NCBI GenBank assembly: GCA_040954595.2
Contig: CM082582.2
Location: 8,328,425-8,392,424 of the forward strand
DNA length: 64,000 nt
Origin: Balanoglossus misakiensis
Taxonomy: Eukaryota > Animalia > Hemichordata
Direction of reading: 5' to 3'
The translations under genes and the position numbers were made by a program. Under the pieces are notes generated by a model that saw only the letters and a program-made list of their open reading frames with translations, was not told where the DNA came from and ran no database searches. Positions 39,892 to 53,400 of this stretch are shown here, piece after piece (positions within the stretch are counted from its first letter, which is position 1; every line of letters starts with the position of its first letter).

Positions 39892-42015
39892 CTCTCTGGG
39901 TTCAGTGTTTTTGTTTTGGGAATAGGTGCTGTATCTTCGCTTGTCAAGAGGGACTTGGCTCTGCTCAAAAGCTGTCCACTGTCTTGTCAGTGAGAGTTCA
40001 CACGTTTCACAGGATACAACAAGATCGTTCACCGTGATGGAACCTTTTGGGGGTTCTATCTCCAGAATGAAAGGATACTTCTGCACGTCTAGAGTTTTTA
40101 TCTTGTCTCGTGTTATCAGTTTCCCACACAGGTAGCACACAAAGTTATAAATACAGTATCTCCTCAACCACCGACTAGATTCGCCTAGGCTATCAGAACT
40201 TTCATAATCTTCCCACTGGCACATCAAGTTTTGGAAGCAGAAAATACAGGTCACTACTTTCCCTTCGCTATCCATGGGGATGGCGTTCGGTGCAGGATCG
40301 CGGCTGGCAAGAAACGGGAAGAATGGGTCGTTGATTGTGGAATCTGAGGTTTTATTTGGGTATGAACGAAGTTGACATCTTTCTGAGACGCTAGTGTCAG
40401 TTCCGCAGACAAAGCAACCTAAAATCTGATAATCTCCCTGGTTGATGTTACTTGGAAGTACTGGTGTCATAGAGTTAGCTGACTTTGAATCTCTGAGGGG
40501 CATCGCCTGAACACCTGGTATACCATGAGCACCTGGTTCGATTGGTCGAAGGTTGTACTGCCTCTCGCTCAAAGGAATCCCGCTGGTTTGGTACACTTGC
40601 CACTGATGCTGGAGAGACAGATAACACAGCTCGCAGCCGAGCACCCTGCCTTCATCGTCGATGGCTTTCGCCTTGTGGGGTCGTTTGAGATTGATGATGA
40701 AAGGGAAGTACATGACGTGGCTGCTGGTTTCATCCGGGGCAAGTGTGTGTATGTACCTTGTGTTGGACCTGAGACACACCTGGGCACACAGGTAGCAAAT
40801 CTCTTCCTGCATTGGCTCGCCTGGTTTCAGTGGAGGGATGTTTTCTGCAGACGGCAAAGCCGATATCCCGCCGTACACATCATTGCGCACCTGATAGACT
40901 CGGTTCTCCTCAGGTGCACTGGCCAGCTCGTATGCTTTCCACTGGCGGTGCAGGGATTTCCTGCAACTGCTGCAGACTCGGGTGAGGCCCTGGTTTGACA
41001 GAGGCATGGCACCTGGCGGGGCCTTGAAGCTCCTCAGGAAAGGAAAGTAGGGATCTCCATCCGTGTGCTTCTCCGAATAGATGAATCTACCAGATGTAGC
41101 TGGCTGGGTGATACCACACAGGAAGCAGACCATAGTTGCCAACATTCCTGGATCTTCACTGGGAGAGGCCACCACACTCGTTTCAGCACTCCGCAACTGG
41201 TATTTGCGCTCGTGGAGCGGCACGTTGTTCTCTTGGTAGACCTGCCACTGTCTGTAAAGGAATTTCTCGCAGTCCTCGCAGGTCAGCACTTTACCACTGA
41301 AGTCAGGGGTTTTGGCCCCGGGGGACGCTGTGTGGTGTTGAAGAGAAGGGTAGAATGGTGTGCCCGCATTCAATTGCAGCTGATATCTTGTGTCCACAGC
41401 TCTCATGCACTGTTTGGGCCTCTTCCTGCCACAACAAAAACAGACTTCCATGCCCCTTCCTTCTTTCCCGTTCACAGACTGACTTTTCTCCTTGTTCGGT
41501 ACCTGTCGGGTGGGGGTGCGAATTTCGTATCGTTTTTCCGGCACACCGTTTTGTTGTTTATTGGATACACTGGCGTCCTCGGTTTCATAGTGCCGCTTCA
41601 GTGAGTCGACGTCGTGTAATTTAAGTTTGTATAGTTCCTCCCTGGTGTGCCTACTCACTTGCATTTGCGGGTCGGCCTTCCCGGGCACTTCGCCGCCAAC
41701 TCTTTTTAGCCAAAAGAGGCGCTTCACGATAGGTGTGTTCGTTCTTTCAAAGGCGTTCCACTGCTGAACCAAGAAGGCAAAGCAGACTTGGCACGCTTCG
41801 ACAGTTCCCTCGCTGCTGATCGGCAGAGCACCAGGGGGCGGCTCGTGGTATTCGAGGAACGAAAAGAAAGGCTCCTTACCGTGAGCTCGTGTACATAGCT
41901 GAGAAGTTGCTCCCTCGCTGCCGCAGACAAAACATATCAGTCGTCCGTACGGGCTGCCGTTCGTAGCGTTACCAGACTTCTCGCTCCGCCGCATCCGCGT
42001 TCCCGCCGCCATCAT
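39892..42015 (-). CDS. GSE1: Large first coding exon (708 codons) of a GSE1/Plexus-like nuclear protein with six tandem CxxC...[FY]PFL...CxxC...QW repeats; the gene continues past a giant intron toward or beyond position 1
   Basis: The 740-aa ORF of the track starts at TTG; the first ATG is at 42015 (MMAAGTRMRRSEKS). Six repeats are visible: ICFVCG..PFFSFL..CQVC..QW, VCFCCG..PFYPSL..CEDC..QW, VCFLCG..PYFPFL..CSSC..QW, ICYLCA..YFPFI..CELC..QW, GCFVCG..PFFPFL..CIFC..QW, VCYLCG..YPFI..CETC..QW. The ORF stops two codons after a consensus donor GAG|GTAAGT (exon ends 39892, phase 0). Coding status is near certain. The GSE1/Plexus family name is from recalled similarity and is less certain. Confidence 0.8.
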
Positions 42016-43927
42016 TTCGAATTTTCTCGTCTGCCACTTCGCGCTGCATGCACTGGTGATGCGGCGCACGTTTGTTTCAGTTTCCAACGCCACTGTTGAT
42101 TTCAAATCACAGCAAACAACGAAGCGCGTCGTTTATCAGTCCCAGAGGCCCGCAAGATTTTGCGAAATGGTTCCTCTTTCAACTGTTATCTGTAACATGG
42201 TTAAGAACGACCCAGGCGTACAAGTATGTAGTACATCATCACCTCCACTGCGCTGCGTGCAGAGTACAAACCACACTCTTCCTGGTCTGCCAGCTATCGA
42301 CCCACAATGCTTTGTTTATACATAGGCCGAGGAACGTGGATATCCAAAGAGAGAGATGGTAGATTACTTATCTTTTCAGCAGACGCAAAAGCTATTTCTC
42401 CTCCGAAAAACTGTGAGCTGACTTTAAAATGTTCATCACAGGCAACAAACGGATCCAACAGCTCACTCTTTGTGGCAACACTGTCTGGCCGTGCGGCCTG
42501 TTTGTTAACGAGTGTAACATCGTCAGAGTTTGGGCCTTTTGACCCTTCTTTCACATTCAATCACGGGGTTTAAGCCACCTGCTTACCAATGACAATGTAG
42601 AGTGTCGCGCTGATGTTACTGACTCACAACATTCAGTCATCGTCATGGCGATTTTTTAAAATGTCATTTTCACACAGCAGTCTCAAATGTGGCTGAACGA
42701 CTATCGTAAATTCTGTTGGAGGAACATTTATTGCTCATATTCATTTTCCAGCGTTTAGGCCTATAATCCTCAAAAGTAAAAAAAAATCATCGTATGCAAT
42801 ATGCCCAGACACTACCTCCTGTTTCACACCCAGTGAAAACTGTTTAGTTTTAAAAGCATTACATTTTCTTTTCAGTAAATCTCCTTCTATTCGGTAAAAC
42901 ATAAAAAAGTGCATTCGCATTTTGACAATGATAAATTATTGCACTGTCGAGACTCACTGTTTTGTTGCGGTTTTAGAAATCTGAATTCTTCGCATGGAAT
43001 TTTGCTCCACACATATAGCACTTATTTCTTGGCGTAACAGAATGTAAATCACTTGGAAAGAGAAAAGTGACAACGTGTCATCCAATTCGGCCACTCCTAG
43101 AAAAATATTTCAGGACGAAATCGATGATTAAGCCATCAGAGCTTGCGAGTTAGGCTTAGTTGTAGGCACAAAGGCGGGCGGGAAAGAGGGTCTGCATTGT
43201 AAAGCGAAGTATCAAAATGGTTGCTTTTGACAATACCAAGCCCCGTTGTTCTTGCTCCAATTGTTCTTTTGAAAACTCCTGTTTTCTTACTGAGGTCAGT
43301 GTTTTCTCTCTCTCTACCCCTTTCTTATATTTAGTTCAACTTTTGGGGGTAGACACGTGCCTTCAAAAGTGCGCGTTTCTGGTTTTTGTCTGTCGCCAGC
43401 AGCACGTGTTCTTAGGCGTCGGGCTCATTATCGGAGGGGAGCAGGGTACGTATAAATTTCCCGCACCCGTCTGCCAGTGGCGATATTGCATTATTCTGAC
43501 CAAGAAAAATTAATATACAGCCTCCCTTATCTCGGAGCTGGACGGGGTGTGGCGCAGGGAAACGGAGAGAAACCGGACACGCACTTTCGAATATTCGGAT
43601 TAACTTACAAAATCATCCGGGGAAACATATGGGGAGGAATTTAATTTAAAATAAAAAAATCACAAGCTGGTGCTGGGATTATAGAATTGCATACTCCATA
43701 AAGTGACATCAGAGGCATGTAAAATACCAATGTATACGAGTAAATATATTTTGCAGAGTAGTCAGCTGCGTTTTACAGCTTCTGTACACTCATGTCAGAT
43801 TTACACCAACCTCGCTGTCATGATTCTGACGTTTTGAAGGATTTCTTCGGGATTTTGCTTTTTATCTTTCAGTAGATCATAAACGGGAATCGAAATGAGC
43901 TTAGAGAAATACGATACTAGCCCAGTT

Positions 43928-44092
43928 TGTCTATCCCTCTGTGTCTGTCTGTCTTTCTCTCTTTGTTTCTGGCTCTGTCTGTCTCTCTCTCTATCTCTCT
44001 CTCTCTGTCCCCCCTCTCCATCTCTCTCCCCCTCTCTCTCTTTCTCCCCCCTCCCTCTCTCTCTTTCTCCCCCCTCCCCCTCTCTCTTCTCC
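43928..44092. repeat. Compound (CT)n/(CTGT)n pyrimidine tract
   Basis: Directly visible; it produces the spurious ERER/SLSL ORFs in the track. Confidence 0.9.
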
Positions 44093-46455
44093 AACTCTGA
44101 CTACATGGCTATGGACAATCCTGACAAATATCCCTAAAGTTTGTTTCAGTGTGCACAGAAGAAAAGTTAAACGCCCTTCCACGTCCGATATTGTTCTTCA
44201 CTTTACTGGATTTTATGTTTCATGGTAACCATTGAATAGCGCGTGTGCGATACCATTTCACACAGGTGTACTTGGCGCCCATTATTAAACAAATTAGTCA
44301 AAGTGCCGAAGCGAAAGTAATACGCCGTTTCATCAACCTTGAATTTTTAAATCCGCCATGAAAAAATATGCGCGGGTTCATTTTTTTGGAGGCGTAAATA
44401 GCGGACAAGCAGTTAGCGGAGTCATTTTGTCTTTCAGTGATAAACGAAACCAGAACATCAAATGGCTAATGTAAATTTTTGACGTCAGCTTTCATAAAAG
44501 AAAAACATATCACATTTTCTGACATATATTAACTCTGCGCTATGGAAATCGTATTCCGTCCACGCGCTTTCTTTGTGCGAGATACGTCGAACCCGTAATA
44601 ACGAGTATTGTGAGAGGCAATTTAGCCTGGCCAGCTGTTGCGGCTCATTGTCGACGTGCCGTGTTTCGGTAAAAAGCCCTTTCTGCTTTTTCACTCTCTC
44701 TCTCGCTCCATGCACCTGTTTTCTCTCCTCTGTCTTTGCGCACTGTTATTACACGCCAAGCCACTCTCTATGGATGACATCCGGGGAAGATTTGGCCATC
44801 GATTTCCCTCCCTTTACCCCCCCCCCCCCCTTCATCTCTTTCCTGACGAATCGATTTTCAGGAAATCCAGGCTGACCCCGATCCCTGATGAATTGCCGGA
44901 GTCGACACCAATCTGGTAATCGATTGTCAGCAAAGACCAGGAAAAGCGGGGATTTAGAACTGATGCGATAGCGCGCACAATCAGTTCAAAATATATGCAA
45001 ATTTGTGGACGTACGCCCATAGAATTCCTAGTTACTGTGAGTCTCGCGTATTAGCTACCGAATTATAGGCCCCGTATTCCACCTGTGCGTTGAACGATGT
45101 GAGACTTGTATACCTCAGTGTTTTGTTTTGGTTTGGTTGGCTTATTTTCTCTGGTAACTTTTCGGGTTCAATTAATGGAAACGGGCAGCGCCAATTAACT
45201 TTTCCCATTTTCCCATTTCGACCTTATTGAGACGTAACCTAGTTGAACAACGTCAATGGACGTACCGACCCATACGAGGGAAATATATCGGGAGAAAAAG
45301 ACCGAGAAAAAATAGTACTTCATCACACACACACACACGCCCCGCGACAACCTTCCCAAAGCAAAGCAAAGTCAAATATATTTTAGCGTTAACAGACGTA
45401 CATCTGCTGAGTTCCCTTGTAAATTGTCTTTGAAAGTTACTTTATGGCAAGTCTGATAATCACCCCAATATTACGCGCTATTCATCCACAAGTTGCGTGA
45501 TTACGATTCCGAAAAAAATACAATGCGCGTTGATGCACCATTAATTTTTAAGAGATCAACGACACATCCACCACACATCCACAGATTACAAGGTGATAAT
45601 AAACTCCTCTTTCCCGAGAATCCATTCGCTAAAATAACGACCGAATAAAAAGAGGCGAGACTCGACTCCCAGAATAATCGAGGATAACCCTCTTTTCATT
45701 TTCATCATTATGTTGGGTTCTTAAATAAACACACACGGGGGCCGGGCATCTCTCTCCGACATTCGGTACGTAGATCATAAAGTTCCAAGTGTTGTGACAG
45801 AAAGTAGACACAGCGAATTAATCACATCTATATTTTACGTCTATAATGGTCAATCGGCAACGTTTTCACCAAATAAATGACAGTAACTGAGTAACTCTGT
45901 GCGCAGTAGATTACCGGCAATAACTTTTCTTCATTTTTTTTATCGGGACGCCGATGACCGCTGGCGGTGAGGTGTATGTCTACCACGTACACAAAAGACA
46001 TGTCTTCTGATTCCTAAAATGTTGGTATTTTGATCGGCAAGGCGTCGCTTCAAGCTCATTTTAAAAATTACAATACGTCTTTTTGCGCATAGTACATGAC
46101 TCACAATGCACAATAGGAATAATGTGATGATGGGAGACAGGCGTCCAGCCCTTAAACTACTATTAAACCCTTACTCCATACATCAAGTTCAAGATCCATT
46201 AGAGGCAGTAAACGGCGCGTGATTCAGAACAACGCGGTAGTAAAATACATTGCCTCGTTTCGAGTATGCACACTGAGCCGGACTGCGGTGTATGCAATCA
46301 TCCAGGTTTAAGTTTATTGCAATAATAAAATCACGTAGATTTATTATACGCTAATGTAGGGTGACTCTTCATCCGGTGTATGGTAGGCCTACCTCTCTCG
46401 GTTCCATCAGTACGATATTTATATTTTTGCTGGAAACAAAAAAGTAAATCAGTGA

Positions 46456-46456
<1 letters not shown>

Positions 46457-46487
<31 letters not shown>
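46457..46487. repeat. (CT)n microsatellite
   Basis: Directly visible. Confidence 0.85.
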
Positions 46488-49400
46488 CCGAAATACAACG
46501 TGCAAAGTCGCATCGTTATCACGCTGTATATGACCATCTTTATTTTATTACTTGGGCATTACGGGGGCTGTCAAGTTTGAGTAATGGTTTTCGGAGTGCT
46601 TGCTTAGGGTAGAATATTTCCCGACAGCCGAGGCTCAACAAAAGCGCAGTGACAAGCCCGGTCAGATTTATAGCGTTGGGATCAATTAAAGTCCGGGAAA
46701 TCCTACCGCCCTTCGGCAAAGCAATACCAGTCGAATCACCCTCCCTCCCCGCGCTAGGAGATGATGAGGGCGATGCCCCGGACACTGATGACAAATGGTA
46801 TTTGCTGGCAGTCTTGGATGGGACAAGAAAAAATGATGTCTCCAGCCGTTGCCGGGTTATTTTTATTCGTCTCGTTATTCTCCCGCATAGCTGCGTATCC
46901 ATGGAAACTGAAATCTGGTTCAGGGGCACACAGTGGAAACCATTACACAAAACAGGTGCACTTCCATACTCGAAATGACATTTTCCAACGAAATTCACCC
47001 GGTTACATCTCACCCTGAGTGTTGATTTCAAATTGATAGTATTCACTGCGGCTCCCCGCCTGTTAGCCGTGGGCACGGGCACACACATTACAGATCTGCG
47101 AGGCAACCTCTACATAGTGATATTATCGCATTTACCGAAGCAAAGTAAAAATAAACTCTCCCTGGTATTTTTTCTATTACTGATGATGTGTCGTTTTATT
47201 TAATCCACTGTGATTTAATCATTAATACTCATATTTATTCCTCCATTCTTGATATGACTCAATATACTCATAGTCAGGTTATAATGACACCTCTTTTCAC
47301 TGTCGGTCTGTTAATAAATAATTCAAATTTAGCCATTTCATAAGCTTTTTATTTTTCTCTTTCTCTTTCTTTCCCCTGGACCGACCCATCTTTTAACTAT
47401 GCTCTTGTGTTTTCCACATGGGGCTAAAAACACTGACACTTGCATTTGATGGGTGCGACATCCATACCGGATACCACCCCCAGGTCATGTCAATTCACAC
47501 GCACATTACAGATGAAGATGTCAAGATCTGCAGACGTATCCATATATAAATTGAAAACCCAAAGGGCCAGGGATTAAATGTTATGGCTGTTTGCTGTCAT
47601 GGCAACAGGTCCACACAGAACTTACAAACAGACATGTTGTCTGCAACACAAACAATGTTCCTACTCTTGAGGTCCACTTTCTCATTTTTCCCCTCCTTAT
47701 TCGTTTGTTTTTTCATAAGCAATGTAATTTTGGTGGATGAAAGAAGAATGAGAAACAAGTAAGAGGTATAATTTGGAGAGAAAAAATGTATGATATAGGG
47801 TAACAGTACTGTTTCATGTTACCACCACACAACAGGTGTCATCCAATAGCAATGGCCGACAGTGTCCAGCATACAGAGTCACATGACTCTTCCGAACCAA
47901 TCAATGCACCGGCCACTTAGCAGTGCGGGGCAACACGTGTGTATATGCATGTTACTGCTGAAATAGGGGCTGAGATCACGTCAAATCTTTCAAACTCTGA
48001 TCCCCAGGATCACTGACATGCCACATTAATTTTGTCACCTCTGCTCAGAATCGAGAAAGGTCCCTTCTGTTGCAGCAATCTGCTCACAATCTACCATATC
48101 TGACATCTGTTGTCTAAAAAACATGTACTTTCCCTCAATGAGTAATTTAACATTTGGGGAATTTTAACCCTTACAAAAAAGGCTTCACCGCTAGTTACTT
48201 ACTGGTAATATTTATCCTGAAAAACTATCCACAGATGTTCGATACTCTGAACAGAAGTGTCTATAATGACCATGGGAGCTTATGTCATACTGAATTCTGT
48301 TTGTATCTGCATAGTGTCTGTGTCTGTCTGTGTCATGGATATCTCAAGAACTGCTGATCAGATTCGAATTAATATTTCAGTTGCTAAGAGCTGATTAGAT
48401 TTTGGTGGGCACAGCTTGCATATTAATGAAGTCATCAACGATCAAAAATGGCCTCGCACATTCTTTGATTTTGGCACCAGATGGAGAAAAAAATTGAAGG
48501 GTTTTATTTTTTCCTGAAATCTTTAATTTAACCCCTTATTTGCCCTAAAGGCCAGACTTTGATAACCCAACTCAACAAGGTGCGAACACATATTGCATTG
48601 ACACAACCTTCTGGGGGGGGGGTGGTTGGGAGACACTTATTACTGAGGTTTACGTGGCAATATGGGGCATTTCAATTTTAAAATTAAAGAACATTTACAG
48701 CAGCTGTTGTACCCAACATGGGGGAGGAGTCATCTCTGATCACTCGCATCATCTGCCAACTGCGCCTGTTTTCTGGAAAAGCTGCTTCGACACCTTGTCA
48801 TTTTTTTGGCAATTCTGCAAGACAGAAAAGGCTTTGTCATGATAAGTGCGGCCATGCCATATTACATTCCCATAGACTTGAGATTTTTTGAAATATAGTC
48901 CCTCAAAAAAACAAGCATCCCAGGTCAAAAAATTCTCAAATTTGGCTGAAGATACAGAGAAGCAGTTTTCGTACAGTAATATTCAAAGATGAAAACGATT
49001 ATAGATCCCTGTTTTCGGTTAAATTGGGAGTCGGGTTAATTGCCACGTCATTAAAAGGTTCCGCTGACCATATTGAATTTGCCTCATCAACATTCATTTC
49101 CAAGGCCATGTGGACATTTTAGGAGTGTTCAAATAAAACCAACACCAGATGTCTAAATTGAAGCATTGAAGAAGGCATCACAATCATAAATTAAAAGATT
49201 TCAAACGTTTACACTTCCGAATCAATTTATAAATGACTCATACTTTAAAATAATAATCCAATTTCTCATAAATTTTATAGGTTTCATCAAAAAATAATCC
49301 AAGGGGTGATAAAGTTATAAAATAAAGGTTAGTCATGTTTATGTTTTCCAATTGATCTAATGGACACTTAACATTTGGATAATGACCCCCCCCCCCCCCC

Positions 49401-50414
49401 ACTTGCTTCCTCCCTGAACTTTCTAGTCCTATTCAATTCAGAATATTTCTGTAAATTAATCAATTAGACTGTTCTTTAAATTTCCAAAGCAAGTTGACAG
49501 GACCACAAATATTTTTTCAGACCATCTTTCTAAATGAACCAGATGTGTCCATGTTGTTCCAACTACAATCAATCTGGCAAATCGCCATGGCAACTCAACA
49601 ACTGTCACCGTTTGTCTAATTTGTTGCCGAGTTCAAACCCGATGGAACTGTTAGTTTATTACGATTTTTCGCCACCTGTTCAGTACATCTTTGTCTCCCG
49701 GAATAGAAAGAAAAGCTCAAATCCCTGATTATTCACGAAACTTGCGCAATAAATTGGACGTCATTATCTCTGCACACACACACATCATTTCGACATCTGC
49801 TCCACAACGTTGGTATTTTCCATATTTCTGCCCCGCATTCATTACAGCCATAAATAACATTCCAGTTCTTTAATTGATGCACACAAATCGGCGCAGATGT
49901 CGGATACATGCACAGCGCAAACATTCGATCCCCCAACAGCATCTGAGTAAATCCTAATTTGTTGATGGCTTCCCCGAGCGCAGACAGATGTCTCATTTTG
50001 CCGTGATTAGCGAAATGGATGGCTCTTGATTCCTCGGATGTCATAACTGAACAGCGAACTCTCCCACCCGTTTTTTTCTTCTGCGTACGCGTCTCGTTTT
50101 TTAACGCTGGCGCTGATTAAACAGTTAATCAATCATAAGAGCAGCAGTCAGTGTAAGCTGAGTGATTTTTCATCACTGAGTGATTCGCGGGATTTATCAA
50201 TTGCCTCGTGAATGGACCTGCTTGGATTGAGTTGGTTATAGTGTTAGTGCGGCCAGATGTTGTGTTGTTTAACGTTCTGTGCGTAGCAGGGATGCATATG
50301 TGATGGTTGTTTTGGAAAATATATTCTTTAAAAATTTGTTATCACTTCTAAAATTCTGTCAAGATAGCCGAAACCAATTATTTTCACACATCTCTTCGTT
50401 CTTTGTGTATAGGG

Positions 50415-53400
50415 TCATGCTGTAAAGGTTTTGGATCAACTTTAGAAAAGAAACAGAACACTCTCAGTTTCAGAGGTCAAATGACAGGATATTGAAATGC
50501 ATCATGGATCTCTGACCAAATTTTTGTGCGCTGTTATTGCCGCAATTTATGTTGTCTGAAGTTGGGATTATAATCTCTGCCAACAAAAATTACTCTTTCA
50601 CTCTCCTAGCTCTCACATTTATTTTACCTAAGAAATTCCTTCAAATTATTTCTAAATTGCTTCTGCTTTATTTCATATTTGTTTCAGCATTCAACTTCTG
50701 CCAACTTTATAATAGATGGGACAGTCCAATGTGAACATTGGATTAATTTAACTAACGATCATTGGGGGAAAAGTTTTGGGTTTCCAGGGGGGAAAATCTG
50801 CATTTAATAATTTACCAATTTTGCTAGAAGACAGGCGACAGTCAAGCCTTAGAATTCACACATACATCTATGTTGATAAATACAATGCTTGAATCAAAGG
50901 TAATATTTTACCCGAACTACGTGCCATCTCAACCATAAAAGTTTCTCTGTCAGATGTTGTAATCCAACATTTTACAAAAACCACCTCGTATTGTGCTCAC
51001 CGTTTTCAGCTTTCATAAAATAAGTCAAAGCCCGTGGGACAATACAAAGCTGCAGTGAGCGTACAGGTATTAAACATTTACGACTCACAACAGATGTCAT
51101 AATGACTCCACGATCTGACCTGGGGTCCCGTACTTTACAAGTGTTCAGCATTCGCAAATAAAATCGCTGGGTTTTTTTATCAGATTATCAGCTGGCCTTC
51201 ATTTTTTTTTCGTTTTGGAAAATAAGATGATGCGAAGTCGTGTGGTCGTGAATGAGTTTTCATTGCAGGCAGTGGGCAGGGGAGGCACAAGGCTTGTTGA
51301 TCTGAAATTTTCTTCACAATTGTAGAACTTAAAATTTCATGGGAATATTCCTCATTATACTTTTATGGCGAAACAGATGTAAAAACACAGCAAACATTAA
51401 CAAGTTTATGCTTTGTGTTATTTTATACTTTTTCCCCGTCATCCCTTTATCCAAAGCATGACCAGCTGGTTCAATATGCCAGTGAGATTATAGGCAAAGG
51501 ACTCGAATCATACAAATGGCCCCTCATAGGACGTCACTGTCGCAATGCAGTTGCCACATGGATAATCTATCTGGCTCAACAGGAGTTTTTTTTTGTATTC
51601 TCACAAGTGCCAAAGAATTAGAGGAAATTTAAATGTGGCCCCACAACCTGAATAACATATTACTGAAAATCAAGATTATGCTGACTTTATATATGCCACA
51701 TGGAGTACACTATGATATTCCTCATTTAAAACAATGAAAGTAGTTTCTAGTGATTTAAGTATAAATTCAAAGTCACGACCATAAATACATGTACTGTTTG
51801 CTTCTTGAAGGATTCTTAACTGCACAAAACCATTAAGTAGAATAATAACGTAGTCACTTCACTGTGTACATGTAAACGGCCCTTCCCAGTCCATAAAACA
51901 GATCTGCCATGTCTGCATATACAACTAAGGCATCAGGTCTCTAAGATCCACATTTACGTTTTTTTTCCTGATTTATTAGCGCAATAAGAGTGCATGATCT
52001 GTTTCCACTATTAGGAATCACAGGGACTCACTACAGTGACAATAAATTGCTAAGCATCACTCTACTTGTCGGCCGTTAATCTTTTATACTTCTTGTCAAC
52101 CACCGAAAACATAAAATATTTCCCTTTCTGAGGCTGTTATCTTAATTTGTAAACGTATATCCTCATTCTTTCAGACAGGTTAGTTTAATTTCTTTCTGTT
52201 GTAAAAGATGCCATTTCTCTCAGTTTTTTAGACGTACACTATATGTGATTTTACTGAGGTATAATGGGCATATGGGGTCAGAGGTCAATGAGATGCAAAG
52301 AATGATATTATTATTTCATGTAACGCTCGCCTATACTAAAACTTTCCAAATCCCAGTTTTTCATGCGTGCATGTCCTCTTTCAGACCCCCACTTCATCTT
52401 TTTCATTCTACTTTGATGAATACAACTCCTCACATCTGTAGCACGCCCTGTCAATGGGTCCGTCGCGCAGATTATTGATCTCGCAATGTTTGCCGTGCCA
52501 TATAAATCCCCCGATTCGGATTCATAATAATTTGATCTTACGAAACTGACAAAGGAGAAAAGATTGGCCGGTGAATGGAAGGGAAAAAATGATTAATGAC
52601 GGAACATGTCACAGAGAGGACTATCTGATTGTGCCAGCAAAGTATCAACTGCGGATTCCAGATTGACTTCTGCAAACAAACAGCGACAAGAGATTCAGGG
52701 AAGCCAGAAACAGATGTTTTGTCGTTGTTGGCCAGCCATGTGTGTTTGTTTGTTTGTTGCTCGTGCCCTCACCCAATAGTTGCACTCACCAATTCTTCTT
52801 TTTACCATCATTTTAGTTGACACTATAGTAATTTGCTATTTTCCAGAGGTAACAAATTACAGAATTAAGGTCAATACAGGTGATTTAATTTTGATAATTT
52901 ATGGTCAGTCATATTTTTGTTTAAAATCCCCTTCATCCACTTGGGTAGTTTTGCTGGGTGACAAATGTGTACACAGCCAAGCAAAAGTGTTGACGTGTTG
53001 CAGTGTAGGAAATATGAAAAGTCAAAAATCCTCTTTAAAAACAACTCAGCGCATCGAAAAGGATTACAGAGACACACCAGCTGGTACTGTAGTCAGCAGT
53101 ACCTGTCCATTTACATTCTGCTCAGATTGATTGATGCATTGTTGACAATCTCAAAAAAAAATTGCTAAGAACTAGATTTTTTTTTGATAATCCAAGGCTA
53201 AATTTCCACAGGGGGAAGGGGTGCCAATTTGCTACAGTGTTGCAAGTTTCCACATATCTGATTTGACGGCACAGCTAGCAGACATGGAAAGTGCACTGTG
53301 TTTTTTAAGTACAGACTACCTGTGGAATTGTGGGATACATTCAGAACCAAGTGACTGGCAGCTCGCACAGATATGATTTTGAGCTAGAATTCTGTCTTCT

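Noticed and set aside
40525-41624. Plus-strand ORFs of 157, 179 and 89 aa
   Set aside because: Antisense shadows of the real minus-strand coding exon, with no recognisable motifs.
42016-42105. 30-codon N-terminal extension of the 740-aa ORF
   Set aside because: It begins at TTG; in a eukaryote the ATG at 42015 is the more likely start. An upstream spliced exon cannot be excluded.
43801-44228. Overlapping ERER/SLSL ORFs
   Set aside because: These are translations of a (CT)n tract.
46540-47106. 188-aa minus-strand and 109-aa plus-strand ORFs
   Set aside because: Non-ATG starts and no domain-like features; ORFs of this size are expected by chance in locally GC-richer DNA.
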